Positions 40,383-51,699 of a stretch of DNA of 64,000 bases are shown piece after piece. The notes beneath the pieces were generated by a model. The model was not told where the DNA came from and made no database searches. It saw only the letters and a list, made by a program, of their open reading frames with translations. Each line of letters starts with the position of its first letter. Positions within the stretch are counted from its first letter, which is position 1. Position numbers and translations under genes: made by a program. Origin of the DNA: Prasinococcaceae sp. CCMP 1430 (lineage: Eukaryota; Plantae; Prasinodermophyta); assembly GCA_013416795.1 (NCBI GenBank), contig RQSC01000005.1, forward strand, positions 413,943 through 477,942, read 5' to 3'.

Positions 40383-41433
40383 CTACGCGCGGGGGGTGCG
40401 CGCGCTGCGGCGCGCCCGCTGTGGCGCACTCGCTTGCAGGCGCGAGCGCGCGTGGCGCGCGCACGCCGCCGCACGGGGCCAAACCGCAGAAGCGCCTTTT
40501 CGCGCCCGCTCCCGTGCCCTTCCGCGGAACAGAGCGTTCGATCGCACCTGCCCCACTTTCCCGCTCCCCGCTTTCGGTCCGCGCAGGCGCGGCGCGTTCG
40601 GTCGGGAGGCCGGAGCGCCGCCGCAAGAGGTCAAAACGAAAGGCACCGCGACGCCTGACGTCATCCGCCTCACCCATCGTTGGAGGTCAAAATACATACA
40701 CAAGACCCCCACGAATGCCGTCTGACTGCTTCTTAGACAAGGTCAAATTATGCCATTCTGAGCCGTGCGATGCAGCAGTCAAATATGGTCTAATATCCCC
40801 ACGGGCGACTAGATATACACGAACGAAGTTCGAAGTTTTTCATTTGCCATTTGGTTTGATTTGCAGGTTTGCCGCGCGTGCGAAGAGGAGCTTTGGAGGC
40901 TTTCCCGGCGCGGTGTGTTGCCGTTCCCATGGTTCGCCGCGGTGCGTTTTGATGGCGGCGTGTGCCCGGCGGCGCGGCAGCTCGGCGGGTGTGTTGAGCT
41001 GGCGCTCCAGCGGCGCGCGCGCTAGGCTAGGGCGCGCACGGGGGTGGGGCGCGCCGCCCGCGCCTGGCCGCTCCGCGCTCGCGCCCGCCATCGCCACGCT
41101 CCGCGCGCCGCCTCCCCGCGCCCCTTTTTTTTTTTTTAGGGGCCGCTCGGCCGCCCGCGCGCCCTCGCCAACAGACAGAACACAACGCCGCCGCAGAAAA
41201 GCGACCCCCGCCCAATGCCCCTCCCCGCTCCCTTCCGACACCAGCACCTCCCCAGCCCCCCTCCTCCCCGCGCACCCTCCCCCTCGACGACGCTCCTCGG
41301 CGCCGCGCACTCCGCCTCCTCCGCCCGGCGCTACGCCGGGGAAGGCGGTGGTGGGGGGAGGGGGGCGCGCCGGCGGGGCGGCGAGCGTGCGAGCTGGGCG
41401 GGCGGGTGCCGCGGAGCGCCTGCTGCGGCGGCA

Positions 41434-41625
41434 ATGCTGACGAGCGCGCGCATCTCGCAGACCGCGTTCGACGGCATGCGCTACGCCGTCGGCGCGACCG
41501 ACAAGTTCCAGGGCACTGGCGTCTGGAGCATGATCAAGGCCTCGCGCCAGACACAGCGGCCGGCGCCCAAGAGCTCCAAGCCGCCGCGCCCGGCAGGCGC
41601 CCGCAAGGGTCCCGGGGGTCGCTAG
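41434..41625 (+). CDS. Small basic protein of unknown function (63 aa; 136 aa if the ATG at 41215 is used)
   Basis: Almost every codon ends in G/C from 41434 on. TGTAA at 41857-41861. Confidence 0.55.
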   Translation: MLTSARISQTAFDGMRYAVGATDKFQGTGVWSMIKASRQTQRPAPKSSKPPRPAGARKGPGGR

Positions 41626-42190
41626 CACGGCGCGCACGCACGCGCATGCGTGCCCGCGCACGCACACACGCGCATTCCAGCCGCGCACCGCGCGCGCGCC
41701 GGCGAGCATGACGGCAGCCGCACAGAGGCGAGAGCATCGCGAGCGAGCCCGACTTCCCGAACGCAGGCGCCGCAGGTCGCGCTGGATACGCGTGTGCGCG
41801 CGCATGCAAGCACACTCGTGTTGTATGGGCCATGATGTGGTGCACGAGTGTGGTGTTGTAAAGTCGCACGGACCGTGCACGCAGACCCCTCGCTGCGGCG
41901 CGCCCGCACCGCCTGCAGCCCACGGGCTCGTGCGCTTCAGTAGTATCATGATGAATCCGTTTACGGAGGAGCCGATTGCTCGATTGCATCGTCGGCGTGT
42001 TTGCGACGGCAGGGCGCCAGTCTGTATGTTGCATGTTTGTCTGTGCGCGCGCATATGCGCGCGCGCGTCTGCGCCACGCCCCATCGCGAGCGTGCGCGGT
42101 CAGACGACCTTGACTTGCTCCGCCGCCAGCGCGGGGGCGGGCGCGGGCGCTGGCGCTGGCGCAGGCGCAGGCGGGCTGCCCGAGGTCGCC

Positions 42191-45100
42191 ATGCGTGCGG
42201 GTGTGCGCATGGCGAGACGCATGGCGGGCAAGGGCGGCGCCAAGGACGGCGGCGCTGGCAAGGGCGGCTGCGATAAGGGCGCTCCCGCACAGCCTGTCGA
42301 AAAGAGGCCCAAACCGGCGCGCGAGCGAGCGCCGCCTCCGGACGGCGGTGCGAACGCGGCCAAGGGCGAGACGGCGAGCACCATCAGCGCGGCCGGCGGT
42401 TCCTCGTCGTCGGCGGCGGCGGGCGAAGGAGACCGCGCGCTGCTGTCGCGCACGGTGCTCGCGCTGCCGACAGTGCGCCCGCTCATGCCTGGCTTTGAGC
42501 GCACGCTCGAGGTGACCGACCCGCGGCTGGCCACGCCGCTATACCGCATGGCGAAGAAAGCCCAGGAGGAGGGCAGGGACGACGTAGAGGTGGGCCTGTT
42601 CGCTGAGCACCCGCGACACTGGGATGCGCTCGAGAGCTGGGCACACAGCCTCAACGCCAGCGTGGGCGCGGGCGGCGGCGCTGGCGGCAGCGTGCTCGCG
42701 CGACACGTCACCTCAGGAATGGCCGACGTCAAGGCGGCCTACCACCTGGGTGCCGATGGCGCGTCGGCCGTGGATGGCGGGAGTGCGAGCGAGCTGGCGA
42801 CGGCCGCGGCCTTCTCGAGGCTGCGCGACGGGCCGAGCCCCGGTGGCTTCCTGCCCGTGGGCACCGTCGCGAAGGTCATCAACCTGACCCGCGAGGGTGA
42901 TGGCGCTGAACTGCGCGTGACGCTGCGCGGCTTGCGCCGGGTGCAGATCGCGCGCGACATCGTCGACACCCCCGAAGACAAAGCTCGCCTTCACTTGGCA
43001 GCGCGCAAGCACGCGCAGTCCATCGAGTTCAAGAGCGCCAACCTGATGGACAAGCGGCGCTCGCGCGGCGGCGCGGCTGCAATGCTGCTGACCGACCTGC
43101 GCAGCAAGCTCGACATGGATGAGTCGACCGAGGACGGCGGCGACGCGCTAGGCGCCGCGCCCGACCTCGACTTTGTCAAGGACGCCGAGGCCATTGGCGC
43201 CGGCGAGGGCGACGACGCGCAGAACAACGAGCAGCAGCACGCTGGCGGCGACGACTCGCACGGAGACGGCTACAACTCTGAATCGGATGGTGAGGAGGGT
43301 GAGGAACCCTTCAACGGCGTCATGCAGGAGGTGCTAGACTTCATGCACGGCGCGGCCATCATGCCCTTCCCCGGGGGCATCGCCGTGTATCCGGGGCCGA
43401 AGGCGCAGCAGGGCGGCGGGTTCCCGGGCCTGCCGTTCCCTCCCGGCGGTCCTGGCGGCAAGGCAGCGGCTGGGCAGCCGTCGCCACCGCGCGCTGGGCA
43501 GGCCATCAAGCTCGCGGCGGCGGCGCTCACTGTGGGCCCCACCAGCGTGGAGCCCAGCTTCCACCCTGCGCGCGTGGAGGTTGTCGAGTACAGCTGCGCT
43601 GACGACTGCAATCCGGACGACGAGTACACGAAGACGCTCATGCGGGAGGCGGTGCGCAAGCTCGAGGAGCTGCAAAACATCTCTGACCGGCACGCGCGTG
43701 TGATGAATGAGGGTGCGGAGGGCATAGACGCGAGCAAGGTGCTGTCCCATCCCGGCCTGCTGGCGGACCTGGCTGCTCACGTGTGCGCCGAGACTGACCG
43801 TCGGGTGACGGCCAACGCGCTGCACGAGGTGAGCGTGCGCTCGCGGCTTGCTGGCGTCATCCAGGCGCTGGAGACCGAGATCGCGTACGCCAAGAAGCGC
43901 GCGGCGGACGAGCCGGGCCACCCACCGGACGGCCAGCTCACCCGCGGTCGAAGCCCCAGCGACTTCTTCAGGGAGCTGAGCAAGGTCAGCATGGGGAACA
44001 TGCGCATGCGCGGCGGGCGTGGGGGCCAGGGCGGCAAGGAGCAGGGCGGCCAGGAGGAGACGCCGGCAGACAAATACCGCAAGCGCTTCGAGGGCTTCCG
44101 CGAGGCGGTGAAGGGCACCCCCGTGGAGGAGCGCATCGAGGAGGAGCTGGCGCGCCTCGAGCAGCTCGATCCGCAGGGCTCAGAGTACAGCGTGGTGCGC
44201 ACGTATCTTGACTGGCTGACCAAGGTGCCGTGGGGCACGCTTCCCGACGACAACCTTGACATCGTCCACGCGCACGAGGTGCTCGAGGAGGATCACTACG
44301 GCCTCAAGGACGTCAAGGACCGCATCCTCGAGCTCATCGCCGTGGGGCGCCTGCGTGGGTCGGTGCAGGGCAAGATCATACTGCTCGTGGGGCCGCCGGG
44401 CGTCGGCAAGACCTCCATTGGGCGCTCGATTGCGCGCGCGGTCGGGCGGCCCTACGCACGCGTGGCCATCGGTGGGCTTGACGACACGCACGAGCTGAAG
44501 GGCCACCGGCGTACCTACGTCGGTGCGATGCCCGGCAAGATGGTACACAGCCTCGCGCACGCCAAGGCGATGAACCCGCTCATCCTGTTGGACGAGGTCG
44601 ACAAGATCGGCGCGGGCAGCTTCCGCGGCAATCCGTCGGCGACGCTCATGGAGATCCTCGATCCCTCCCAGAACTCGGAATTTGCCGACACCTATATGGA
44701 CGTGCCGATCGATCTCAGCAAGGTGCTCTTCGTGGCCACGGCCAACACCACCGACACCATCCCCAAGCCCCTCCTCGACCGCATGGAGGTCATCGAGGTG
44801 GGCGCCTACCTCAAAGAGGAGAAAATTGAGATCGCCAAGGCGTACCTCGAACCTCGAGCGAGGGAGTCCTCCGGCCTCAGCGAGAGCGATGTGCGCATCG
44901 AGGCCGACGCGCTCGACGGACTCGTGGAGGACTACTGCCGCGATGCCGGCGTGCGCTCGCTGGAGAAGGCAATTGAGAAGATTTACCGAAAGGTCGCGCT
45001 CAAGCGCGTGCGCGACACGGCGGAGGCTGTGCCCGGGCTGCCGGCGGAGCAGCAGCAGCACGCGCAGCAGGATGGCGCGGGGGCGGTTGAGGAAGTACAG

Positions 45101-45958
45101 GAGCGCACGCCCGTGGTGGGAAAGGCTGTGGCCGAGGGTGGGGGCGCGCATGAGGCTGCTGTGCAGCTGCCCCCGGTGGTGGTGCGGCGCGCAGACTTGG
45201 GCGAGTACCTCGGCGTGCCGGTCTTTCGAAGCGACAAGATGTACGAGAGGCTCCCCGTCGGTGTGGCGAACGGCCTGGCGTACACATCATTCGGCGGCGA
45301 GGTGCTGCTGATCGAGACGGCCTCAAGCGACGCCGTGGGCGGTGACGGCAAGGGCTCGATGAACATCACTGGGCAGCTGGGCGACGTGATGAAGGAGAGC
45401 TCGGCAATCGCCAAGCGCCTCGCGCGCCAAGCGCTGTCGGTGCTGTGTGACATGGGTGACCAGCGCGTGGGCGAGGCCGAAGTCGGGGAGTGGCGACCCA
45501 GCGCGAGCTTCTTCGCGGACAGCGACGTGCACCTGCACTTTCCGGCAGGCGCGGTGCCGAAGGACGGCCCGAGCGCGGGCATTGCGATCACGACGGCGCT
45601 TCTGTCGTCCGCGCTGCGCCTGCAGTGCGCGTCGGACGTGGCGATGACGGGTGAGGTGTCACTGACGGGGCGTGTGCTGCCCGTTGGCGGCATCCGCGAG
45701 AAGATCGTGGCGGCGAAGCGCTCGGGCATGACGACGGTGATCCTACCGAAGGCCAACGAGCGCGACGTCAGCGAGCTGCCCGAGCAGGTCACCGCGGGCA
45801 TCAAAATTTTCTACGCGTCGTGGTACCCTGAAGTGTTGCCGGTGGTCTTCCCGGGGTTCGAGGATATGCAGCACATGGCAGAGCGCGGCGCGGGCGCGTT
45901 CGTCAAGCCTTCGGTCCCGCGGAGGGCGCGCCGAGACCCGCCTGCGCAGCAGGCCTGA
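42191..45958 (+). CDS. LON: Lon ATP-dependent protease, organellar (mitochondrial-type N-domain)
   Basis: Lon-N LALPTVRPLMPG, Walker A GPPGVGKTS, GHRRTYVGAMPGK, Walker B LLDEVDK, catalytic PKDGPSAG and GGIREK..AAKR. Start tentative. Confidence 0.92.
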   Translation: MRAGVRMARRMAGKGGAKDGGAGKGGCDKGAPAQPVEKRPKPARERAPPPDGGANAAKGETASTISAAGGSSSSAAAGEGDRALLSRTVLALPTVRPLMPGFERTLEVTDPRLATPLYRMAKKAQEEGRDDVEVGLFAEHPRHWDALESWAHSLNASVGAGGGAGGSVLARHVTSGMADVKAAYHLGADGASAVDGGSASELATAAAFSRLRDGPSPGGFLPVGTVAKVINLTREGDGAELRVTLRGLRRVQIARDIVDTPEDKARLHLAARKHAQSIEFKSANLMDKRRSRGGAAAMLLTDLRSKLDMDESTEDGGDALGAAPDLDFVKDAEAIGAGEGDDAQNNEQQHAGGDDSHGDGYNSESDGEEGEEPFNGVMQEVLDFMHGAAIMPFPGGIAVYPGPKAQQGGGFPGLPFPPGGPGGKAAAGQPSPPRAGQAIKLAAAALTVGPTSVEPSFHPARVEVVEYSCADDCNPDDEYTKTLMREAVRKLEELQNISDRHARVMNEGAEGIDASKVLSHPGLLADLAAHVCAETDRRVTANALHEVSVRSRLAGVIQALETEIAYAKKRAADEPGHPPDGQLTRGRSPSDFFRELSKVSMGNMRMRGGRGGQGGKEQGGQEETPADKYRKRFEGFREAVKGTPVEERIEEELARLEQLDPQGSEYSVVRTYLDWLTKVPWGTLPDDNLDIVHAHEVLEEDHYGLKDVKDRILELIAVGRLRGSVQGKIILLVGPPGVGKTSIGRSIARAVGRPYARVAIGGLDDTHELKGHRRTYVGAMPGKMVHSLAHAKAMNPLILLDEVDKIGAGSFRGNPSATLMEILDPSQNSEFADTYMDVPIDLSKVLFVATANTTDTIPKPLLDRMEVIEVGAYLKEEKIEIAKAYLEPRARESSGLSESDVRIEADALDGLVEDYCRDAGVRSLEKAIEKIYRKVALKRVRDTAEAVPGLPAEQQQHAQQDGAGAVEEVQERTPVVGKAVAEGGGAHEAAVQLPPVVVRRADLGEYLGVPVFRSDKMYERLPVGVANGLAYTSFGGEVLLIETASSDAVGGDGKGSMNITGQLGDVMKESSAIAKRLARQALSVLCDMGDQRVGEAEVGEWRPSASFFADSDVHLHFPAGAVPKDGPSAGIAITTALLSSALRLQCASDVAMTGEVSLTGRVLPVGGIREKIVAAKRSGMTTVILPKANERDVSELPEQVTAGIKIFYASWYPEVLPVVFPGFEDMQHMAERGAGAFVKPSVPRRARRDPPAQQA

Positions 45959-46109
45959 GACCTGTCGGGCGCGAGCTGCCTGCAGCGCGCGCCGGAGCGC
46001 TGAGCGTGGCGGGCGCTGTCGGCGCGGACCGAGTCGTCGGGTGCACACGGCCTCGAGGCCCTTTGTTAAAGAAGCTACTGTACAGGTACCTGATAGAGCA
46101 CAACGCTTT

Positions 46110-46922
46110 TCACAGCGACGATGGCCGCACCAACGTCGCGCGGCCGGCCTCAACAACATCAAAGACGACCACACCGCGCGGCGAGTCGGTGCACACGTCC
46201 ACGTCGTAGTTGAGGTTCACAGAAGAGGCGTTGACAAAGAGCGTGTCGTCCTGGGTATGCACACCCGCTGCCTCGTGTATGTGTCCGAACACCATGGCCG
46301 CGGGCCGCAGCGCGTCGACGCGCTTTCGAAGCTCCTCGCACCCGGCGCGCGCGCCATTCCAGCAGAGGTCGAGGATGCCGCGAGGTGGGCCGTGCGTGAT
46401 GAGCACGTCGGTGCCCTCCGGGATGCGTGCCCACTCCGCGCGCGCCTGCGCGGCATCCTCGTGCGCGAACGCCCACGGCCCGAAGCGTGGCGTCATCGGC
46501 GAAGCCCAGAACGACACGCCATCGATGGTGATCCCCGCATTCTTCAGGTAGGTGACGCCTGCCGCGCGCGCGGCATCGCTTTTCAGCTCGCGCTCGCAGC
46601 GCAAAGCAGCCAAGCCGCTGCCGCTGTACGAGGCGTCAAGGCAGAGCTCGTGGTTTCCAGCGCACACGAGCTTGTGCTTGTATTGCTCGAGCGACGCAAG
46701 CCAACGTGCGAACGGTGCCACCTCCTCTGCAGCGCCGCGTGCAGTGAAGTCGCCCGCGTGGATGAGCACGTCGCCGCCGGGAAGGGGCGGGAGTTTTCCG
46801 TGCCTGCCGTGCGTGTCGGAGACGACGACTACCCGCATCGCCCGCGGGCGCTCGCGCCGCGGCGCACGCGCTGCGGCTGCTGCCACCCCCGGGGGTGCGC
46901 CCGCGCGCATCGCGGCGAACAT
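46110..46922 (-). CDS. Calcineurin-like metallophosphoesterase (MPPED1/2-like)
   Basis: VVSDTH, DVLIHAGDFT, AGNHE, DVLITHGPP, VFGHIHE. Confidence 0.9.
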   Translation of the reverse strand: MFAAMRAGAPPGVAAAAARAPRRERPRAMRVVVVSDTHGRHGKLPPLPGGDVLIHAGDFTARGAAEEVAPFARWLASLEQYKHKLVCAGNHELCLDASYSGSGLAALRCERELKSDAARAAGVTYLKNAGITIDGVSFWASPMTPRFGPWAFAHEDAAQARAEWARIPEGTDVLITHGPPRGILDLCWNGARAGCEELRKRVDALRPAAMVFGHIHEAAGVHTQDDTLFVNASSVNLNYDVDVCTDSPRGVVVFDVVEAGRATLVRPSSL

Positions 46923-47254
46923 GCACGGCCTTTCACGGCCTGGGGGGCGGCGGTGACGGCCGTCGTCGTCGCGGTCGCGGCGGCGGCAGCTCGTGGCGGA
47001 TGGCGGCGGCGGCGGCGGCGATGGCGGACGCCCGCGGACGCGGGCGCACCGTGGGTGGGGCCCCTCCCCCGGCGCGGGCGTGGGCGAGCGCACGAGTGAC
47101 GGGCAGGCTGGGCGCGAGCAAGCGGGCGCGAGCGTGACAGTTGGTGGGAACGCCCACCACCCGTTGTGGTGTGGCGCTGCAGCGTGCGCACAATTTTTTT
47201 TTTCCCAAGACGGCCCCGTCTGTGCACCATAGTCTGGGGAAAAAAGTTAAACGC

Positions 47255-49364
47255 TCATGAACTTTGCCTGGGGCTGCTGTCGCTCTCGGTGTCGCTGCTA
47301 AGCGACGAATCCCCCGTGGCGTAGCCGTCGTCAGTGTCGCCGACTGCCAATGAAGCGGCCTGCCGCCGCACCACCCTTCGTGCCAGGTGCTCGTTCCGCC
47401 AGTCGATGAACGGCGGGAGCGCGAAGAGGAGGCCGACACGCGCTATCGTTCCGGGAAGTAGCAAGGTCTGCACGACGTAGAGCAGCGTGTACCCGCCGAA
47501 GAAGAGAACGTACGCCAGCGGCTGCGGCACTTTGCCATCCGGGGGCTCGACATAAAATGGGTCGCCGGCCAGCACCCTGGCCAAGGCAAATGCTGCGAAG
47601 TACTCGAGCGCCAACACGCAAGACAGCACGTAGCGTTCGACATTGTACTTCTCCCCCCACCATCGTGTGTGCTGCGAGATCGCCGACTCCACCGTATGCT
47701 CGACTGTCAGCGCCGCCTGCCGCACCGCTGCGATGGGAGACTCGGCGAAGCGGGTTGCTGCTTGCGGCGGCGAGACCTCCAGCGGCGTGCTATCTGCAGC
47801 AGGGACTGGGTTCCAGGTGACGCGAGGCGAAGTCTTGGCCACGCCGAGACAGTCATCATTGGCCGCGACGACGCTGTCGCCACTGCGCGTTGCAGCGTCG
47901 GCTGGCGCAGCCAGATGGGCTGGATTCGAAGTGACACATGGCGAATTGTTGACCACGTCTAAATCGTCGCCACCGGCCGCGGCGGTAGTGTCGCCGTTGC
48001 GGGTCGCGACGCTAGGCATTGCAGTCAGTGCGGTAGTAGCAGCAAGCGTCACCGAGGTTGATGGAGCGTCGTTCCAATCGGGATGACTCACTCGATGCAC
48101 GCGTGTCTGCGTCGCCGCCAAAAGGAGCAGCATCAGCAGGACGCTGGCTGTGCTCACGGACGCCAAAAGAATTTCAACCCCGTCGCCAATATTCTCAGCC
48201 ACCCCCGAGACGATGGCGATGATTCCCCAAAGCAGTAGAACCAGCCCCCATGCCGCGAGAGGGAAGGTGCTCAGGTCATGCAGGAGATCGTTGATCACCA
48301 GCTCGAGGTAGGTTGCAAAGTTGAACTTGTCCTCGTCCACGCCCTCCACCTCTGTCGACGTGGCCATGTGCTGCACAAAGATCGTGCGCAGCGCGTTGTA
48401 CTGCTCTTGCCTGATCAACATCATACGTAGGCGGCGAGGTGCGTTGATGGCCATCGACATCGTGTCGAATCGCCCCTTCGAACCTCGGGTGGGCCCGACC
48501 TCGCTCACGTGCGTGAATGCGCGCTCGCGGGCGGCGGCAGATTGCGGAGGCACAGTGTCGGCGACTTCGTATTCGCCACCGTCCTGTGGCATTGCACCTG
48601 AATCCTCTGCGGTGCTGGAGCCCGCTGTACTGCGTACGGCCTCGTCGGACCTGAAGCGGTGGCCGAGCGTGCGCTGCGGGCGCCGTTCGTCCCGCCGAGC
48701 GGCGGCGCGCTGGCGCCTATGAATGGCCTCATAGGTCTGCAGGCCATCCAGGCTGCCCGAAATACGCATGATGGCAAACGCCACCGACGAGAGGTGCAGG
48801 AATAGGGCGATGAAGAGGTGAAAATGCACGTCCTCAACGGCCTCCAGGAGCTGGTGGCCGTCCTGCGGTCTGCCCGGTTTACCTTGGCCGTATTTGCACG
48901 CGATGTATTGCCAGAAGCCTGCTAGGCGTAGGATCCACAAGACTAATGCCTGGAAGCCCAGCACGGTGAATTCCAGCACGCCCCGACGGAAGAGCCTTAG
49001 AAAGTGTCGGCCCGCATGAATCGCAGTGTCGCGGCAGGCCCGTGCGGCTTGCTTCAGGCGATCTTGCACAAAATATAGGATCTCCTCGAAGATGAGCGAC
49101 AGCGTCACTAGAGCTAAAATGCTCGTCGCTTCCACAAAGACTAATTCGCTCGAAATGTAAACACGGTGGGTCGGGAGGGGCAGTGGCGTAAGCACGCGCG
49201 CGGCGAGACTGCAGGCTTGGTGCGCATGCTGACATGCTCGCGTCGCGCACTCGCGTGCGCGACGTGCACGCACCGTAGCCGTCCCAGTCGTCTTCCCACC
49301 ATTGCACGGTGCCGGTCGCGCACGAGTCGCCTGCTCCGGCGAGCAGCGCGCGGCCTGACGGCAT
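47255..49364 (-). CDS. MLO: MLO-like seven-TM protein
   Basis: LVTLSLIFEEIL, LEFTVLGFQALVL, VHFHLFIALFLH, QTYE, FNFATYLE..INDLL...FPLAAW correspond to MLO conserved blocks. Candidate first exon 49364-49274 then a phase-1 intron to about 49143. Confidence 0.7.
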
Positions 49365-50129
49365 GCTATTCGCTCGCCTCTGTAGGCGCGGCAGCCTGCC
49401 GTGCGCTGCACCGCGAGCAGCGTCTCTGTATGTGGCACCTCTTCTGTCTTGGCGGCCTGTCAATGCGAGCTCGTGAATAGCGGGCCAGCGGCCCTGTGCG
49501 CGGCGCCGGCGCGCGGCGAAACGTCCTCACCCAACGCCGGCGCCGGCGCGCCGCAGCGCGCAGCCTCTCGCCGCAGTCTCGCGCCTCCGCTGCGCCGCGC
49601 GCGCCTGGCGCGCCCCGCACGCCCGGCGCCCAACGCGTAGCACCCGCGCGGTCTGGCGAGGCGATCAGAATCTGGTGGTCAAAAATTCTTTCGCCAACCA
49701 AATCGACGCCTGCGAAAACACAACGCAATTTGATGCGCTACGTTCGTCGGAATGAAAGCTGGCTTCGGAACGGCCCGAACGGGGTGTTGACGCGAGAGCA
49801 TCGTGTGCGGCGGCGCGCGCGAAAGCATGCCACATCTCGGGCTGGGTGCGCATGCGCGGCACATGGGGGCGCCCGCCGGCCCTGGGCGGCCCCGCCTGCG
49901 ACGGCCGCATTCCAAACGCACCCCCGCGGCGGGGGCATCGACAGCGCTCACAGCGAGCTCGGCGCCCGATGGGCCACCACACGAGTCCTCGCAAGGATCG
50001 TCGGCCCATCCACGCACTGGCAGCGAGGGCGCCCCAGAGCGCGAGGATGATGCCTCATGCACGCCGCACCTGCTTCGCCCACCACGCCCGCCGCGGCGCA
50101 GGCGGCTGGCGTCGGCGGAGAGTGTCACG

Positions 50130-51413
50130 ATGGAGGCGCCCGATGGCGCCGCAGGTGCCTCTTCCCTGCTTCAATCTGCCAAGCCTTCCGCCCGTTGGTG
50201 CCTTTGCTGCTTTGCGCTCGGCGGCTGGTCGGCAGAGGCACCGCCGCCTGGACGCGATGATTTGGTCAGCATAGACGCAGCACAGCCTCACACCCGACGG
50301 GCATATATACTCGGCGGCTACAGACGACGTCTGAACTGGGCGCAAGCGTGGCACTCGCTGTCATACGTGCACAACGAGACGGGCAACGTGCTCACGCACG
50401 CCGTCGGCCTCGTCGCCTTCCTACTCATGGCTTTGCATTTTACCTGGACCCGTCCCGCCGCCTGGGAGGTCGCCGAGGCGGTGGTCTTCGCCACCTTTGT
50501 GGTGGGCTGCTCGCTGTGCTTCATTCTGAGTTCCGCGTATCACCTCTTCTCGTGTGTCGGCTTCGAGGCAACTCATGACAAGATGCTCGCGTGTGATCTA
50601 GGTGGCATCGTGGCGTCCATCCTCACGTCGTTCTACATCGCGCTCTGGACAGCATTCCACTGCGATACGCAGCTGCGCATCACTTATTGCGGTGCGTTTG
50701 AGTCGGAGGCGGCGCGCTGCGGCGCTCACGACGCGCGCATGTGCGTCGCCATTCCCAAGCGCTCAACGCTGACCAAATCACGCATTCGCGCGACACCCCG
50801 ACCCCCGCTGCACTCCCCAACGGGCACAGCGATGATCACGGCAATGTGCGCGTGGCTGTGCGTGGTGGTAGGCACCCGCAAGCTGCGCGCCGATTTGCGG
50901 ATCGTGCTGGCGAGCTTCATCGTGGCAGTCGGCTCCGCTCTTTTCCCACTCGTGCACTATGCCGTGCGCAACTGGGGCCGAGGACTAGAAGACGAGACAG
51001 GCGCGCAGATTCTGAGCGGCGCCGTGGCCAACGTTGCATGCTACGCGATCGGAATCGTGTTCTATGCATCAAAAGTGCCCGAGCGCTGGTGTCCGGGTGC
51101 CTTCGACAATTGGCTGCACTCGCATCAGCTCTGGCACATTTGCTGCTTCCTCGGTGCGTTTCAGTAGGGAAGCGCATGCGGCGTGCCGCCGTGCCCAGGA
51201 CGTGTCCTGCTAACGCTGACCACGCTGCACAACCACACGACACCACCAGGCCCAGTGTGCCTGCTCTACACCTCTGAGCGCACGGTCGGCAACTCCGTCT
51301 GCTGCTCGGCGCACGAAGATGGGTTTACCTTTCCCACGGCAGCGCAGTGCGCCACGCTGGACGTCACTGAGGACGCCATGGTGTGCTCGGCTCTCACGTG
51401 CATGGGTTCGTAA
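50130..51413 (+). CDS. PAQR/AdipoR-like (HlyIII) heptahelical membrane protein
   Basis: YILGGYR, HNETGNVLTH, SSAYHLFSC, CDLGGI, PERWCPGAFD.WLHSHQLWH. Introns 50692-50829 and 51154-51249. Confidence 0.9.
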
Positions 51414-51699
51414 CGGCAACGATTACTCTAGCTAGAGCGCCGTCACTGGCCTCACGCACGTGCCCCAACGGCGCCCGGTCGAGCCCGCCCCTCACGCGCC
51501 CTCGGCGCCGCGCACTCGATCTTACCCCCTCCCCCCTCCCAGCTGCTCTTGCCTTGCGCATTGAGTCGCGCGCGCATCGCTGGCCGTCTCCGCATAAACA
51601 GAGACCTCGCGCCTCCGCGCGCGCTGAAGTGGCGGCTGCCAGCCAGAGGCATGCGCCACAGCGTACCACCCTGACCCCACTCCGTCCCGCCGCCGCGGG

